The translations under genes and the position numbers were made by a program. DNA of 64,000 nucleotides from an uncultured Syntrophomonadaceae bacterium (GTDB lineage: Bacteria > Bacillota > Dethiobacteria > DTU022): the NCBI GenBank assembly GCA_964389365.1, contig CAYMDO010000001.1:5938-69937 (forward strand). The letters run 5' to 3'. This document shows, piece after piece, positions 62,049-64,000 of the stretch. How positions within the stretch are numbered: the first letter of the stretch is position 1; the number at the start of each line of letters is the position of its first letter. The notes beneath the pieces were generated by a model that did no database searches, was not told the origin of the DNA, and saw nothing but the letters and a program-made list of their open reading frames with translations.

Positions 62049-62912
62049 TCATAGACTTACTTCCACCTGGTACGATTCAGCGCTCTGCATATCAATGATT
62101 AAAAGTTTATTGTCGGCAAGAATGCCGTCACGTTCGGCTAAAATTTTAACCGCCTCTGATACCTGCCAGGATGCCAGCATAGCGGGAGTTGCCGCCGGAT
62201 TTCCTAACTGAACCTCAACTCCCTTTGTAATGCCGCTCTCGGCAACCGGGCCGTAGATTGCTTCCAACAAAGACCGGCCAGGACGAATCACCGCAACCTG
62301 TCCTAAATAACCGGCTATGGCACCATGGATCAATATCAGTCCCAACTGGCTGCACACTTTTTCCAAAGCAAACCTGGAAGGAAGGCTGTCAAGGCAGTCA
62401 ATAACCAGGTTGCATTCCTTAAGCAGAATGGGCAGGTTATCGGCATTACCATTCAGGTTGTGTGCCTCAACTTCTGTAGCCGGGTTGACAACCGCAATCC
62501 GGATTGCTGCAGTCTCAGCCTTGGAACTTCCAAGCGCCTCTTCGCTGGAGTACAACTGCCGGTTTAAATTACTGTCAGCAAACCTGTCGCCATCAACTAT
62601 TACCAGTTTACCGATTCCCATGCGGGTTAACAATTCAATGGCAAAACCGCCGAGCCCACCTGCTCCGACTACACCTACAGTGCTTTCCAACAGCCTGGCC
62701 TGTCCTTTTATGCCCAGAGTACCAATGTTTCGCTGATAACGTTCAGGAATGATTCCCTGTTTCAAGGCAGCCAATTCAACCTCACGGCGTGTGAAGTCCT
62801 GTTCGCCGGCGAGCTGGCCGGTTTGGGCCTGTGTCAGGTAGCTGTACTCATTACCGGAAGGATCTTTTCCGACAACCGACACCTCTTTTATTCTCCTGAT
62901 GAGTGCTTCCAT
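62049..62912 (-). CDS. ThiF/MoeB/HesA-family E1-like adenylyltransferase with an N-terminal extension
   Basis: The Rossmann VGVVGAGGLGG sits ~80 aa into the protein. The nucleotide-binding core follows, and ~70 aa of unassigned N-terminal sequence precede it. Confidence 0.65.
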   Translation of the reverse strand: MEALIRRIKEVSVVGKDPSGNEYSYLTQAQTGQLAGEQDFTRREVELAALKQGIIPERYQRNIGTLGIKGQARLLESTVGVVGAGGLGGFAIELLTRMGIGKLVIVDGDRFADSNLNRQLYSSEEALGSSKAETAAIRIAVVNPATEVEAHNLNGNADNLPILLKECNLVIDCLDSLPSRFALEKVCSQLGLILIHGAIAGYLGQVAVIRPGRSLLEAIYGPVAESGITKGVEVQLGNPAATPAMLASWQVSEAVKILAERDGILADNKLLIIDMQSAESYQVEVSL

Positions 62913-62947
62913 TTCGCTAATTAGCTTAACCCCCTCCCAAGTAAAAG

Positions 62948-63340
62948 TTAATCGGCTGTGAGCGGCAGGCCCTCGTTACCTGCATTAATAAAAAGTTGCG
63001 GAGCCTCGTACCACAGCCGCTCCAGATCATAAAAAGCCCTTGCTTCAGGCTGAAATACGTGAATCACAATAAAACCGTAATCCAAAATAACCCACCACGC
63101 TTCTTTCAACCCCTCAACTCTCAGGGTGTAGCAGTCTTTCTGCTTCAGGTTTTCGAGCAGGTATTCACAGATAGCTTTGACCTGGATTGCTGTATTACCG
63201 GTGCAGATCAGGAAGTAGTCGGCAACAATTGAAACCCTGCCTACTTCCATCAGCTTCAAATCATGACCCTTTTTTTCTGAAGCCAGTTGCGCGGCATAGA
63301 GAGCCAGCTCCTTTGAGCTGGTGGCCGGTTCCTGTGCCAA
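62948..63340 (-). CDS. rsfS: Ribosome silencing factor RsfS (Iojap)
   Basis: ...DYFLICTGNTAIQVKAI...WWVILDYGFIVIHVF..., 130 aa, downstream of yqeK as in the yqeG-yqeM cluster. Confidence 0.9.
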   Translation of the reverse strand: MAQEPATSSKELALYAAQLASEKKGHDLKLMEVGRVSIVADYFLICTGNTAIQVKAICEYLLENLKQKDCYTLRVEGLKEAWWVILDYGFIVIHVFQPEARAFYDLERLWYEAPQLFINAGNEGLPLTAD

Positions 63341-63372
63341 ATAAAACCACCTCCGTCCATATACAAATTTGG

Positions 63373-63945
63373 TTATTTTATATTATTTGCAGTAAGCAGG
63401 CTGTTGCGAAAAGCAACCGACCGGGGATGAAGTTTCATCCCTCTGGCCACTACGGAACAAATCGTCATATCTACAGCTGCAAGTAAGGCCTGTTCAAGGT
63501 TGGACTCTGCCAGTTTGCGGATCTGCACAACACCGTCATACCGGCGGCCGGGTTCAATGAAGTCTGCCAGGTAAAGGACCTTTGCCAGCATTGACATACC
63601 GCCGTAACCGGTTGTATGATAAGAAACTGCATTCAGCAGTTCCCGATCCATAATATTAAGCTCTACGGACAGCAACACAGCCCCTACCGGCGCATGCAGT
63701 AATCGTGCTTCGCCCCGGGTAATGCTGTCCAGCTGCATATTATATTGCCTGGCTGCAGCCAGCAACTGCTGCTGATTTAACCGCTTTCCGAAATCGTGAA
63801 CCAACCCGGCCAGGTAAGCTTTTTCCCGCTTTGATCCGTAACGCCCTGCCAACTCCGCCGCCGTTTTTGCCGTTGCCAGGCTATGCTCGTAAAGTTCAGT
63901 ATCTAACTTCTTGCGCATTAACTCGCAGTAATGGTCTGCAGTCAT
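63373..63945 (-). CDS. yqeK: HD-domain bis(5'-nucleosyl)-tetraphosphatase YqeK
   Basis: HD motif (HSLATAKTA...VHDFGK) and family length of 190 aa. Synteny with rsfS. Confidence 0.85.
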   Translation of the reverse strand: MTADHYCELMRKKLDTELYEHSLATAKTAAELAGRYGSKREKAYLAGLVHDFGKRLNQQQLLAAARQYNMQLDSITRGEARLLHAPVGAVLLSVELNIMDRELLNAVSYHTTGYGGMSMLAKVLYLADFIEPGRRYDGVVQIRKLAESNLEQALLAAVDMTICSVVARGMKLHPRSVAFRNSLLTANNIK

Positions 63946-64000
63946 CTGCCGGCCTCGCTTAACAAAAAAGCATTCCCGAAAAAGCAGATTATCGATACAA

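Noticed and set aside
1-64000. CRISPR arrays or long tandem repeats
   Set aside because: No array of regularly spaced direct repeats was seen anywhere in the window.

Overview
This is a 64 kb window of a roughly 50 % GC Firmicutes/Clostridia-type chromosome, mostly core genes and densely packed on the minus strand. Recognisable features include yqeK-rsfS, comEA/comEC, holA-rpsT, a nadABC operon, lepA, asnS, leuS, ilvC, alr, hom, a tRNA-Ala, an ECF vitamin transporter module (S+A1+A2+T), a BMP-type nucleoside ABC importer with pdp and deoC, and ahcY. I found no CRISPR array and no obvious defence island. The observations worth a second look are: (1) a single continuous ORF fusing an RNase HI domain to a complete 6-phosphofructokinase, 12 nt downstream of a UPF0182 giant membrane protein; (2) a sigma-54 module in which a GAF/PAS enhancer-binding protein sits next to a HemL-like class-III aminotransferase and an NhaC-family transporter, with divergent -24/-12 promoters and a shared TGTCA-N4-TGACA palindrome; (3) a decayed IS1634-family transposase flanked by a ~30 bp imperfect direct repeat, each copy carrying a near-consensus sigma-A promoter; (4) pseudogenised K+ uptake genes (TrkH/TrkA-like); (5) a PLP-enzyme gene fragment beside an AT-rich acyltransferase gene; (6) a PAS-GGDEF-HD-GYP composite protein; (7) a short AT-rich patch encoding a truncated GLUG-motif protein. 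All calls rest on reading the six-frame translations and motifs by eye. No database searches were run.
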